48,152 nt of DNA from a virus. Taxonomy: Duplodnaviria > Caudoviricetes. Shown here piece after piece: positions 25,883-33,307 of this stretch. How positions within the stretch are numbered: the stretch's first letter is position 1; each line of letters starts with the position of its first letter. The notes below the pieces were generated by a model. That model had not been told where the DNA came from and did not search any database. It saw nothing but the letters and a program-made list of their open reading frames with translations. The DNA is taken from positions 1 through 48,152 of the IMG/VR virus record IMGVR_UViG_3300010362_000028; one strand, given 5' to 3'. Both the position numbers and the translations under genes were made by a program.

Positions 25883-26280
25883 GGGCGGCTCAGCTTACGG
25901 CCGGCACCCGTGCCCGTGCTCTTGAGGCGACCTGCCTTGATCAGTTCCTTCGCTACGCTCTGCACTGCGGTGTTGTGAATCTTGAGCTGTCGCGCGACCG
26001 CGGCGCCAGTAGTGGTCTTGCCCTTGTTAGTGGCAGCCATGAGCGCGTCGCGGATCTTCTGCCAGTCGTGCTTGTAGCCCTTGCCTGGGGACTTCGAGTT
26101 GGCTACCGCGCGCTGCTTGTTGTGAGATTTGAGGATACGGGCCAGCTCGCGGCCGTGCTTGGCGCAGAGGTCCACGTTAGGCACGCTGCTTGTCTCGTTG
26201 CCGTTTGACGCTGCCAGACTTACGACGGCGTGTTTGTGCTTTGGGCACCAATCGCAGACGAGCTCTGTTATCTGAGCCAT
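25879..26280 (-). CDS. Putative DNA-binding protein (Lsr2-like/Zn N-terminus, winged HTH C-terminus)
   Basis: MAQ..LVCDWC...VDLC..H..EL, and a C-terminal AAVARQLKI...AVQ.V..EL..AGRL...G.G. Confidence 0.55.
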   Translation of the reverse strand: MAQITELVCDWCPKHKHAVVSLAASNGNETSSVPNVDLCAKHGRELARILKSHNKQRAVANSKSPGKGYKHDWQKIRDALMAATNKGKTTTGAAVARQLKIHNTAVQSVAKELIKAGRLKSTGTGAGRKLSRP

Positions 26281-26557
26281 GGGGTTGTTCCACCTTTCTG
26301 ATGTCTGAATCTAGGATGGCGACTCGCGCCGCTGCTGGGTTGTGATTATCCAAGAACTCTCGGTATTCCTTCGAGTGCTTGTACGCAGGGGTCTTGATGA
26401 TCCTGCCCCGCGCGTCCCAGATCGGGAACTTCTCGCTGTTGCACTGGCTGCATACCTTGTGGATCTTGAACGTCCCATCATTGAGCTTGATGATCAGGAC
26501 GGTCCTGAAGGCATGCCGGTAACCCGCTGTGCATTCCATCAGTAGCTCGTACTTCAC
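26177..26557 (-). CDS. Hypothetical protein
   Basis: GTGA-coupled. C..H and CSQC residues. Confidence 0.55.
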   Translation of the reverse strand: MKYELLMECTAGYRHAFRTVLIIKLNDGTFKIHKVCSQCNSEKFPIWDARGRIIKTPAYKHSKEYREFLDNHNPAAARVAILDSDIRKVEQPHGSDNRARLRLVPKAQTRRRKSGSVKRQRDKQRA

Positions 26558-26715
26558 GCCGCAGCCCTCCTCGCCTCAGCCGCGCTTTCCTCGCGGACGA
26601 TCCGTGCGATGGCGCTGAGTGCCTCAACGCCGGTGATCTCCCTCCGATTGTGGGCCCGGAGGACGCCCTGGATTCTCGAGAGCGTTCGCTTGTTGGTAGG
26701 TTTGGTTTCCTTCAT
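26554..26715 (-). CDS. Hypothetical protein
   Basis: AAGGAG RBS just downstream of a triple hairpin. Confidence 0.55.
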   Translation of the reverse strand: MKETKPTNKRTLSRIQGVLRAHNRREITGVEALSAIARIVREESAAEARRAAA

Positions 26716-26737
26716 CGCGTCTCCTTTTCTGGGTTCG

Positions 26738-26806
26738 CTGGTCGCTGTGACCAGTGGGGTGCCAGGTTGACACCTTACTTGGCGCTTCGAACTCCGAAGC
26801 GCCAAG
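26738..26806 (-). other. Triple-hairpin intergenic cassette
   Basis: CTGGTC/GACCAG, GGTG/CACC core with flanking wobble pairs, and CTTGGCGCTTCG/CGAAGCGCCAAG. Confidence 0.6.
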
Positions 26807-26813
26807 CGGGCTA

Positions 26814-26993
26814 TCAACTTGGGATGTTTGCCTCTAGTGTCTCCTCCTTAGTGATGATCTCTCGGAACATGTCCTCTAACTTCTGGGGGACGTTCGCGTT
26901 TTGGTTGGGGGCTGGGTTCGTAGTCTCCTCGAGCCACCGGCAGAGGTTGGACGCTTCGTCCTCGCTCATATGGATGTTGACGGTCTTGGCCAT
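26814..26993 (-). CDS. Hypothetical protein
   Basis: ORF in the early cluster. Confidence 0.45.
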   Translation of the reverse strand: MAKTVNIHMSEDEASNLCRWLEETTNPAPNQNANVPQKLEDMFREIITKEETLEANIPS

Positions 26994-27004
26994 TGGGTAG
27001 TGGC

Positions 27005-27346
27005 TCACGTGCATGACTTCTCCGCTAGCCCAGTGACGAGTCCGTGCCAGTACGCGACTTCCGTGGCGTATGGTACGTGGCCCTTGCGGGCATACATGAG
27101 TGTGAGAAAGACTGGCACGATCCACGGCTCCTTGCCGAGTGGCACGATCGGCTTGAGATCCTCGTAGATCGCTTCAGTCAGCCCGACGTGGGCGTCGGCC
27201 TCGAGCATGATGTCGAGCGCGTCCGCCCAGTGGGCTCCGCGGTAGTGCGGGTTTGTTTCGACGAAATGCTCGAGTGCCTTCTTGCTGTGATCTGACAGCA
27301 GTTCCTCGATGTCCAGGAGCATCCTGGTCTGTTGATCCGTCTCCAT
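27005..27346 (-). CDS. Hypothetical protein
   Basis: AAGGAGG RBS. Confidence 0.55.
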   Translation of the reverse strand: METDQQTRMLLDIEELLSDHSKKALEHFVETNPHYRGAHWADALDIMLEADAHVGLTEAIYEDLKPIVPLGKEPWIVPVFLTLMYARKGHVPYATEVAYWHGLVTGLAEKSCT

Positions 27347-27421
27347 TCGCCCTCCTTTGCATCTCGGGTAGATAGCCCTGCAATAAGGCCAGCAGGTAGT
27401 TGCGTCGCTGCTCGAGCCAGG

Positions 27422-27715
27422 TCACTTCGGGAATCCCTGCGCCTGGTCGATCAGTTCACGGACGGCGCTGCGGAGCCCGTGTAGCTGTTGGGTCAAGAAC
27501 TCGCGCTCCGCGTCGGTCTTGGCTAGCGTCCGCAGATTCACGAACACCGCGCCAAACCGCTTGTACATGTCGTTGAGGATCATGTTGAGGCTCCCGTGCT
27601 TCTTGACTGGATCATTTGGGATGGGTCGCACGATTGCCTCCTGGTGTCCGTTCCTAGGTGTGATTCCGACTGCTCCTTCCAGCAGCCCCCTGCGCTCCGA
27701 TGGTGGTGTTTTCAT
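27422..27715 (-). CDS. Hypothetical protein
   Basis: GGAG RBS and ATGA coupling. Confidence 0.55.
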   Translation of the reverse strand: MKTPPSERRGLLEGAVGITPRNGHQEAIVRPIPNDPVKKHGSLNMILNDMYKRFGAVFVNLRTLAKTDAEREFLTQQLHGLRSAVRELIDQAQGFPK

Positions 27716-27951
27716 TCGTCGTACTCCCTGAAGTTGTGAACCAGCCGATAGTTCACGCCGATCAGGGGATCGACGACGCAGACGTGGCCATTGACGCACC
27801 AGGTGACAGCGGTGGGGCGTGGGTCACCCGAGAAGACGGGCAGCTGGAGCTTGATGCAGCGCTCGTTGCACTCGGGGCACCGGTCGATGGAGTGGATGGG
27901 ATCGTCGGTCCGAAGGGCTTCGGCTCGTGGGTCGTCGTATTCGCTGGTCAT
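27712..27951 (-). CDS. Hypothetical Zn-ribbon protein
   Basis: CPEC...CVNGH. ATGA coupling. Confidence 0.55.
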   Translation of the reverse strand: MTSEYDDPRAEALRTDDPIHSIDRCPECNERCIKLQLPVFSGDPRPTAVTWCVNGHVCVVDPLIGVNYRLVHNFREYDE

Positions 27952-28223
27952 TCGCCCGGCTCCACGCGGTCGACCTCGATCTCGCGCTCGTTCATGTTGC
28001 TCTCGATGTCCTGGTTGTCCACGTCCCAGACGATGTTGTACTTCTCTGGGTACGGGGCCTTGTCCTGGCGGTACGCCTTCATGGCTGCCTCATCGTTCTC
28101 GACGAGGCCCGCGTACACGTCCATCGCGCGGTCCCAGGCCTGGTCCTCGTTCTCCGCGGCGACCTTGATGTGACAGGTCGCCGTGAGCTTGACGGGCACC
28201 TTCAGTGTGACGTTGTAGATCAT
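27948..28223 (-). CDS. Hypothetical acidic protein
   Basis: AGGAG RBS. V.AENEDQA motif common in small phage proteins. Confidence 0.55.
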   Translation of the reverse strand: MIYNVTLKVPVKLTATCHIKVAAENEDQAWDRAMDVYAGLVENDEAAMKAYRQDKAPYPEKYNIVWDVDNQDIESNMNEREIEVDRVEPGE

Positions 28224-28225
28224 GG

Positions 28226-28414
28226 TTAGATCTCCTGTACTGAGAGCTTGATGGCCTTGCCGTCGCCGATGGCAAGTGGTTGCATGGCGGAGACAGCCTC
28301 CCTGATGTCGTCGCGGAACTGCTGGGTGAGTTCCGCGAACTTCTCGTCGGGGCACTCCATCCAGAACTCGTCGGTGACAAGCACTGTGATCTTCATCTGT
28401 AGGATCGTGCGCAT
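28226..28414 (-). CDS. Hypothetical protein
   Basis: AGGAGG RBS. Confidence 0.5.
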   Translation of the reverse strand: MRTILQMKITVLVTDEFWMECPDEKFAELTQQFRDDIREAVSAMQPLAIGDGKAIKLSVQEI

Positions 28415-28708
28415 TTAGTCCTCCTTGTTGGTTCGCTCGATCGCTTCGAGGATCTGGAAGGTCTGGATCGTGCGGTGGAGTCCGCTGACGATAACATCGG
28501 CGTACTCGGGGGTATTGACCGTGTCTTTGATCACGTTGGTAACGACCTCGGGTAGGGCCCTGCCGTTCTCGGGGAAGATCTCGATGCTCAAGTCCGTGAT
28601 GTCTACGGGAGTCACGTGCTTGAGAGGGGCGCGTTCCCCATTCGACATGATCTTGAAGACCCGCACGGTGATACCGTGCTCCTTGAGACCCTTCGGATTG
28701 ATTACCAC
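28415..28708 (-). CDS. Hypothetical protein
   Basis: AAGGAG RBS before GTG 28708. Confidence 0.5.
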   Translation of the reverse strand: MVINPKGLKEHGITVRVFKIMSNGERAPLKHVTPVDITDLSIEIFPENGRALPEVVTNVIKDTVNTPEYADVIVSGLHRTIQTFQILEAIERTNKED

Positions 28709-28733
28709 TTTCGTGCTCCTTTCATTGGTTGGT

Positions 28734-28793
28734 GGGATGCGTAGCATCCCGGTGCGGGATTGCACCGTGAGGGGCTTGGTCTCCCAAGCCCCT
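28734..28793 (-). other. Triple-hairpin intergenic cassette
   Basis: GGGATGC/GCATCCC, CGGTGC/GCACCG and AGGGGCTTGG/CCAAGCCCCT. Confidence 0.65.
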
Positions 28794-28803
28794 GGTGCTG
28801 CAA

Positions 28804-29148
28804 TCACTGGTTGTCGTGGTGACAGACCAACCGGCAGTGTTCGCAGAGATTCCAGGTGCCCATGTCCCGGAGCTTGGTGGGTTGGGTGGGAATGTGAGCA
28901 CCGTAGCCGTGGCCTTCGCCTTCGTCGTCGGTATGTGAGATGTGCTCGCACTCACACCACGCTGTGAGAAGGGCCGCGGCCTGGACGTGGCGTGCACATT
29001 CGGGGCAGCTACGCTGGTCTAACTCGTAGCGCCAATCCACGACCTCGTTGCCGATGGTATTGACCGACCAGGCTTTGCCGTCTGCGTAGAGGATGGGTCC
29101 GGCGGAGCCACAGTGAGGCTTGGTGTTCGGGTGGATGGTGAGGGTCAT
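28804..29148 (-). CDS. Hypothetical Cys/His-rich protein
   Basis: AAGGA RBS. CPEC, CECEH and CEHC. Confidence 0.55.
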   Translation of the reverse strand: MTLTIHPNTKPHCGSAGPILYADGKAWSVNTIGNEVVDWRYELDQRSCPECARHVQAAALLTAWCECEHISHTDDEGEGHGYGAHIPTQPTKLRDMGTWNLCEHCRLVCHHDNQ

Positions 29149-29152
29149 CGTG

Positions 29153-29539
29153 CTAGTCCTTTCTGCGAGCGAGTCGCTCGGCGCCTGGGTACTCATACTG
29201 CTTGAGGTGCTTCTTGATCTTGAAGGGGAGATCCACGAGGATCTCGTCGGGCAGCGGACCGAGTTGCTCGAATTCGTGGAGGGCCTTGACGTAGGCGTAG
29301 TACGCATCGTTCAGGACGAGGGAGGCGTGGGCCACGCGCTCGCGTAGCTCGTAGGTATCGGCCTGGGGGACTGCCTTGGGCGAGCGGTACTTGTACACGT
29401 CTTCGGGCTCGGGCTTGTAGTAGCGTCGTTGGGGTTCGTTGCGAGTCCGAGCGCCCGGGGGATTGCTCCCCCTGGCAGGGCGCGGTTTGTTTGTCTCGGC
29501 TGCCTTGAGAGGCTGCTTGAAGTTGAGAGTGAGGGTCAA
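29153..29539 (-). CDS. Hypothetical protein
   Basis: AAGGAGG RBS before TTG 29539. Confidence 0.55.
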   Translation of the reverse strand: MTLTLNFKQPLKAAETNKPRPARGSNPPGARTRNEPQRRYYKPEPEDVYKYRSPKAVPQADTYELRERVAHASLVLNDAYYAYVKALHEFEQLGPLPDEILVDLPFKIKKHLKQYEYPGAERLARRKD

Positions 29540-29567
29540 TGCCTTGTCCTCCTTGGGGGGGGCTGCC

Positions 29568-29897
29568 TCAGCCCACGATTTGGCGAAGGCGGTCGCAGAC
29601 GCGATTGATGGCGACCATCTGCTCATGGGTGCCGCCGAGGTCGGGGTGGTGCTTGCGGCTCGTGGTGCGGTAGCCAGCGTTGATGATCTCCAGCGCGAGC
29701 TGTCGATCGACGGCGGCGATGGCCTGCTGGGTGGCGTACCGAGCATTCTGGCGGGCGCGCCACGCTTCCTCACGTGCACGCTGCGCCTGCTCGTCGGCGC
29801 GGCGCTCCGCCTTGACACGCTTGCGCTCGGCGCGGCGCCGTTCCTGCTCTGCCTTGCGTTTGTTGACTCGGGCATCAGCGTTGAAGGTGAAATCCAT
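29568..29897 (-). CDS. J-domain (DnaJ-like) protein
   Basis: C-terminal GYRTTSRKHHPDLGGTHEQMVAIN with the HPD motif. AAGGA RBS. Confidence 0.7.
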   Translation of the reverse strand: MDFTFNADARVNKRKAEQERRRAERKRVKAERRADEQAQRAREEAWRARQNARYATQQAIAAVDRQLALEIINAGYRTTSRKHHPDLGGTHEQMVAINRVCDRLRQIVG

Positions 29898-29913
29898 GCA
29901 GTTTTCCTTTCTC

Positions 29914-29977
29914 GGGCTGCACAGCAGCCCCCTTCGGCGGCCTTGCCGCCTGGCTTGGATCCTTGGATCCCGCAGCC
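29914..29977 (-). other. Triple-hairpin 5' leader of the early operon
   Basis: GGGCTGC/GCAGCCC, GGCGGC/GCCGCC and GGATCC/GGATCC with flanking GGCT/AGCC. Confidence 0.55.
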
Positions 29978-30010
29978 GCTCTTGAGTTGCAAACCATCGA
30001 TTCCGAGGAC

Positions 30011-30039
30011 AGAGTACATGATCCGGCGAGATAAGTCAA
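30011..30039 (-). promoter_or_regulatory. sigma70-type early promoter
   Basis: Minus strand TTGACT-N17-TACTCT, upstream of the early gene cluster. Confidence 0.65.
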
Positions 30040-30044
30040 GCGCG

Positions 30045-30479
30045 TTAACTATCAACCTTGGTGCGCTTCGCGGCGCGGTCGAGGACATCTGACGCGGATT
30101 GTGGAGTGGGCATCTTGCGGGTCAGTTCAGCAATTTGAACTGATACGTTGGAATCTGTCTTGGCAGCGAGGGTGCGCTCGAGCTGGGGCATATACTGATG
30201 AACTAACATGTCTGCTATGCGGGGATCATGGGCACGCTTGCGATGCATTGTCTCAGCACACGAGGAGCAGAGATCGTAGCGCGTGTCCATCTCCTCCTGG
30301 AGGTATGGGACCTTGCAACGTGCACAGATAGGTACGTCGTACTTATCACGGAGGAACTGGAGTCGTTCTTGCCAGGCTAGGCGAATGAATGTGTTGGGTA
30401 GTTCGCGGGCGTCAATGCCCACGTGGTCGAGTGCAGCTAGGAGTCGGTCGAGATACGCGTAATTGATGCGACGTGACAT
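30045..30479 (-). CDS. Hypothetical Zn-finger protein downstream of a sigma54 promoter
   Basis: AAGGAG RBS. CARC...CSSC. Confidence 0.65.
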   Translation of the reverse strand: MSRRINYAYLDRLLAALDHVGIDARELPNTFIRLAWQERLQFLRDKYDVPICARCKVPYLQEEMDTRYDLCSSCAETMHRKRAHDPRIADMLVHQYMPQLERTLAAKTDSNVSVQIAELTRKMPTPQSASDVLDRAAKRTKVDS

Positions 30480-30524
30480 GTTGTCTCCTTTCAGTTAGCG
30501 GGGTACTGCCTAGTGGTATATGTA

Positions 30525-30540
30525 TGCAGAAGTTGTGCCA
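30525..30540 (-). promoter_or_regulatory. sigma54 (-24/-12) promoter
   Basis: Minus strand TGGCAC-AACTT-CTGCA, GG-N10-GC, about 45 nt upstream of ATG 30479. Confidence 0.7.
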
Positions 30541-30602
30541 CACTAATTGGGGCCTCGTGGGCGTGGTACCGCGGCGGGCCGTGGGCTCGTGGTTGGGGTT
30601 TG

Positions 30603-30827
30603 TGGTCGATTTGTTGGTGGTTCTGGTTCTAGTGTGCCCCTTGGGATGATATGGTGGGTTCCTATCATTAAGTATATTGTAACACTATATAATTATTTAT
30701 ACATATAGGGCCACTTCAAATTCCTCGTGATACCCTTTAATTTCCTTCCTCGTCGGAAATGACGACAGAACCTCACCATATTCCCCCAAGGGGCACACCA
30801 GAACCATAACCCACAACCAATCAACCA
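30603..30827. repeat. About 68-bp imperfect inverted repeat flanking an AT-rich core (candidate replication origin)
   Basis: Arms 30603-30669 and 30758-30827 share TGGTTCT.GTGTGCCCCTTGGG...ATATGGTG. The core 30666-30716 is very AT-rich. Confidence 0.75.
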
Positions 30828-31119
30828 ATGTCAGCCCAGTGGCTGGCTAACGTGGCTAGCACGTTGAACGTTCACATTTTGAAGGCCCAACAAACCTGGC
30901 CAGATGAGATGCCCGCGTTTGTATCTCTATGAGAGTGCCGCGTTTCAACCATTATAGGGGCGTGCGCCGCGGCTGCTGGCTAGCTTTCAGCGCCGCGAGG
31001 TAGAGCTCTGGTACTCGAGCAACCTGGCCAGGTGGCAGGCCAGGCAGCAGCCTGGTCGAACAGCCAGGTGTGCAGCTAGACTGACGTGCTCAGGCAGGTG
31101 CCATGGCACGACGCAAGCG

Positions 31120-31179
31120 AAAAAAAATCGCGTCGGGGGCAAAAAAAGACTTGACTCGCTCCGCCCCGTCGGGCAAGGT
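31120..31179 (+). promoter_or_regulatory. Possible sigma70 promoter with A-tract UP element
   Basis: Two A-tracts, then TTGACT (31151) N17 CAAGGT. The -10 match is weak. Confidence 0.4.
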
Positions 31180-31251
31180 GGTTCCAATCCGATCGATGGT
31201 CGATCGGAGGTTGCTTGATCCGGGCGAGGCCCGGGCCAAAGGAGATCAGAG

Positions 31252-31695
31252 ATGGCATTCACGTTCCGCAAGCCGGTCGCAGGCGAGGCCACCAAGCCCG
31301 CGACCAAGAAGGATCCGATGGCGTATATCTTCATCGGAAACGATCCGTACCGCACCAGCCCCGACCGGACCGCGCAGGACTGGCGTAAGCTTTTCCTGGT
31401 GTTGGCAAGCTTCGCTGAGAGCAACGGCAAGCCAGTCAGCAATAATGAGTTCGGGCTGTCGATGGTGTACGACGCGCTGGAGAAGCTGGAGGCGCAGGCC
31501 CGCAAGGAACTCGGCGCCGACTACGACACGGCCGTCGAGGCGCGGTGGACGGAGATTCTTGCCAAGGAAGCAGAGAAGAAGGACCGCAAGGCAGCAGCGG
31601 ACGCTGTTAACCCGGACCTGCAGCAGGATCTGGAAGCGTCAGTCGAGGCGGCCACCAAGCCGGCCACGAAGCCAGTTGCCAAGACCAAGAAGTAG
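31252..31695 (+). CDS. Hypothetical protein in its own transcription unit
   Basis: AAAGGAG RBS, strongly biased codons, TKPA repeats at both ends, and a downstream terminator. Confidence 0.75.
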   Translation: MAFTFRKPVAGEATKPATKKDPMAYIFIGNDPYRTSPDRTAQDWRKLFLVLASFAESNGKPVSNNEFGLSMVYDALEKLEAQARKELGADYDTAVEARWTEILAKEAEKKDRKAAADAVNPDLQQDLEASVEAATKPATKPVAKTKK

Positions 31696-31715
31696 CAAGG
31701 CAACTTGCTAGAGAC

Positions 31716-31749
31716 GGGGGGCCGGGGTAACCTGGCCCCCTTTCTTTTT
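31716..31749 (+). terminator. Rho-independent terminator
   Basis: GGGGGCCGGG/CCTGGCCCCC stem followed by TTTCTTTTT. Preceded by a TAGCAAG-GCAA-CTTGCTA hairpin. Confidence 0.85.
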
Positions 31750-31761
31750 GGCTCGCGCCGT

Positions 31762-31811
31762 ACGAGCGTTCGTTTGACACAGACAACCTGTATGCGAACG
31801 AGCGTTCGTTA
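31762..31811. promoter_or_regulatory. Duplicated near-palindromic operator/enhancer-like sites
   Basis: ACGAGCGTTCGTT occurs twice, 36 bp apart. Confidence 0.5.
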
Positions 31812-31940
31812 GTACCCCCCAACGTGATTTAAAATTGGAGGACCCGCTAGGGTACCCCACCCTCGCGCGCGCGTACTTTTTTCAGTACTTTGTAAACGAT
31901 ACAACTGCTATCCATTTCACAGCTTTTGGCCCGGTGGCCC

Positions 31941-31956
31941 TGGCACGCCGATTGCA
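31941..31956 (+). promoter_or_regulatory. sigma54 (-24/-12) promoter of the late/virion operon
   Basis: CTGGCACG-CCGA-TTGCA, a near-perfect match to the sigma54 consensus, upstream of the first late gene. Confidence 0.8.
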
Positions 31957-32142
31957 TTAGTATGGACCGCCCTCCCTCGAAATTCCTGCGGAAGCTGGCA
32001 GCCCTCTACGATCGACTACCCAAGCGGTACGAAGTCCGGAATGGCCCATGGGACAACGATCCCGAGGGCCTTATTTTTTGAAGGAGGCCAGGGATGGGGC
32101 GCTTCGCGCCACCAAACCCCTGAGCAGCGAAGGGAGCCAGGG

Positions 32143-32478
32143 ATGGCTACCAAGGAAACTGAGACCGCAGGACCCCCGAAGCCCGAGAAGCCCGCAGCCC
32201 GGAAGCTCGCCGACGACTTCCAACCAAACGAGCCCACCTCGAAGTCCGGCCTAGATAAGGACGGGCACCCCGACGATTCCCTCTCGGCCAAGCAGGTCGA
32301 ACGGGCGGCCACGGAGGCCATGCTCTCCCTCCGTCCCCAACCCTCGGCGGAGGAAATGAACGCGGTCTTCGACAAGCTCGGGGAGCTGACGCCCGAGGGT
32401 CAGCCCGCCAAGAAGTTCAAGACTGCTAAGGAAGCAGGTGACGCTGCGGTCGCAGCCCTCAACGAGGGCAGCAAGTAG
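32143..32478 (+). CDS. Hypothetical protein
   Basis: GGGAG RBS. Charged and low-complexity. Confidence 0.6.
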   Translation: MATKETETAGPPKPEKPAARKLADDFQPNEPTSKSGLDKDGHPDDSLSAKQVERAATEAMLSLRPQPSAEEMNAVFDKLGELTPEGQPAKKFKTAKEAGDAAVAALNEGSK

Positions 32479-32500
32479 GGGGGCGGGGAGGGGCACGCAG

Positions 32501-32671
32501 ATGGCCAAGAAGTGGATTCAGGGCGCGATCAAGCATCCGGGTGCCCTTCACAAGCAGCTAGGCGTCCCGCAAGGAACCAAGATCCCCGCAGCTAAGCTCG
32601 CGAAGGCCGCCAAGGCCGGTGGGAAGCTGGGCCAGCGAGCCCGGCTTGCTCAGACCCTTAAGAAGTTCTAG
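32501..32671 (+). CDS. Small basic protein
   Basis: MAKKWIQGAIKHPGALHKQLGVP..KIP..KL..A...G...RA.LA.TLKK, a type commonly seen in podovirus late regions. Confidence 0.7.
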   Translation: MAKKWIQGAIKHPGALHKQLGVPQGTKIPAAKLAKAAKAGGKLGQRARLAQTLKKF

Positions 32672-32767
32672 CGAGGAGGTGGTTGCATGCAGCAAAGGAG
32701 CATGCTGGCCCGGGCGCCCCAAGCTGATGCTACTACCCCGGGCCACAACTCCTCCTAGGAGATAAAT

Positions 32768-33307
32768 ATGCCCAACGATTCTACGACTGGCGATATCGTT
32801 TGGCGGCGCCTGGATCCCAAGACTGTTGAGCTGTTCAACCGGATCCGTAGCCGCCACGATGTAACCATCGACCCGAACGACCCAACTACCCAGGTCCAGG
32901 ACACGAAGGCCAGCCCCCGCGAGGTTGAGACTATCAAGGCCCTCATGAGTGGCAAGTCGAGGCCCCAGGGCGAAGCCCTACCAAACCCGCCCTACGCTGA
33001 CGAAGCGGGATACAAGCAGAGGCGATTCTGGAACAACCAAATCAAGGACTTCTTCAAGAACCAGGACAGCGAATCGGACTACGACCCCGTGTTGGCCATC
33101 CAGAACATGATCGACTCGGGAGCCCTCCGGTATGATGAGGATGGGCTCTCGATCTCAACTAACCTCAAGCTCTCCCCTGAGCAGAACCAGGTCCTCGTGC
33201 GACTGGCCGACGAGTGGGCCGCCAATACGGGCCTGTGGCGGAGGGGGGAGGGGGGTGGGGAAAGCTTTGACCCTGGGAACTACAGGCCCTATATAGGAGG
33301 ACAGTGA
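32768..33307 (+). CDS. Hypothetical protein
   Basis: AGGAG RBS. Confidence 0.6.
   Translation: MPNDSTTGDIVWRRLDPKTVELFNRIRSRHDVTIDPNDPTTQVQDTKASPREVETIKALMSGKSRPQGEALPNPPYADEAGYKQRRFWNNQIKDFFKNQDSESDYDPVLAIQNMIDSGALRYDEDGLSISTNLKLSPEQNQVLVRLADEWAANTGLWRRGEGGGESFDPGNYRPYIGGQ

Noticed and set aside
29153-30088. 311-aa ORF in the track
   Set aside because: It spans a promoter, a leader and the J-domain gene in another frame. Only the part from TTG 29539, which has an RBS, looks real.
31098-31119. TGGCAC on both strands (GTGCCATGGCAC) as divergent sigma54 promoters
   Set aside because: Neither direction has a TTGC-like -12 element. The plus strand gives AAGC and the minus strand has wrong spacing.
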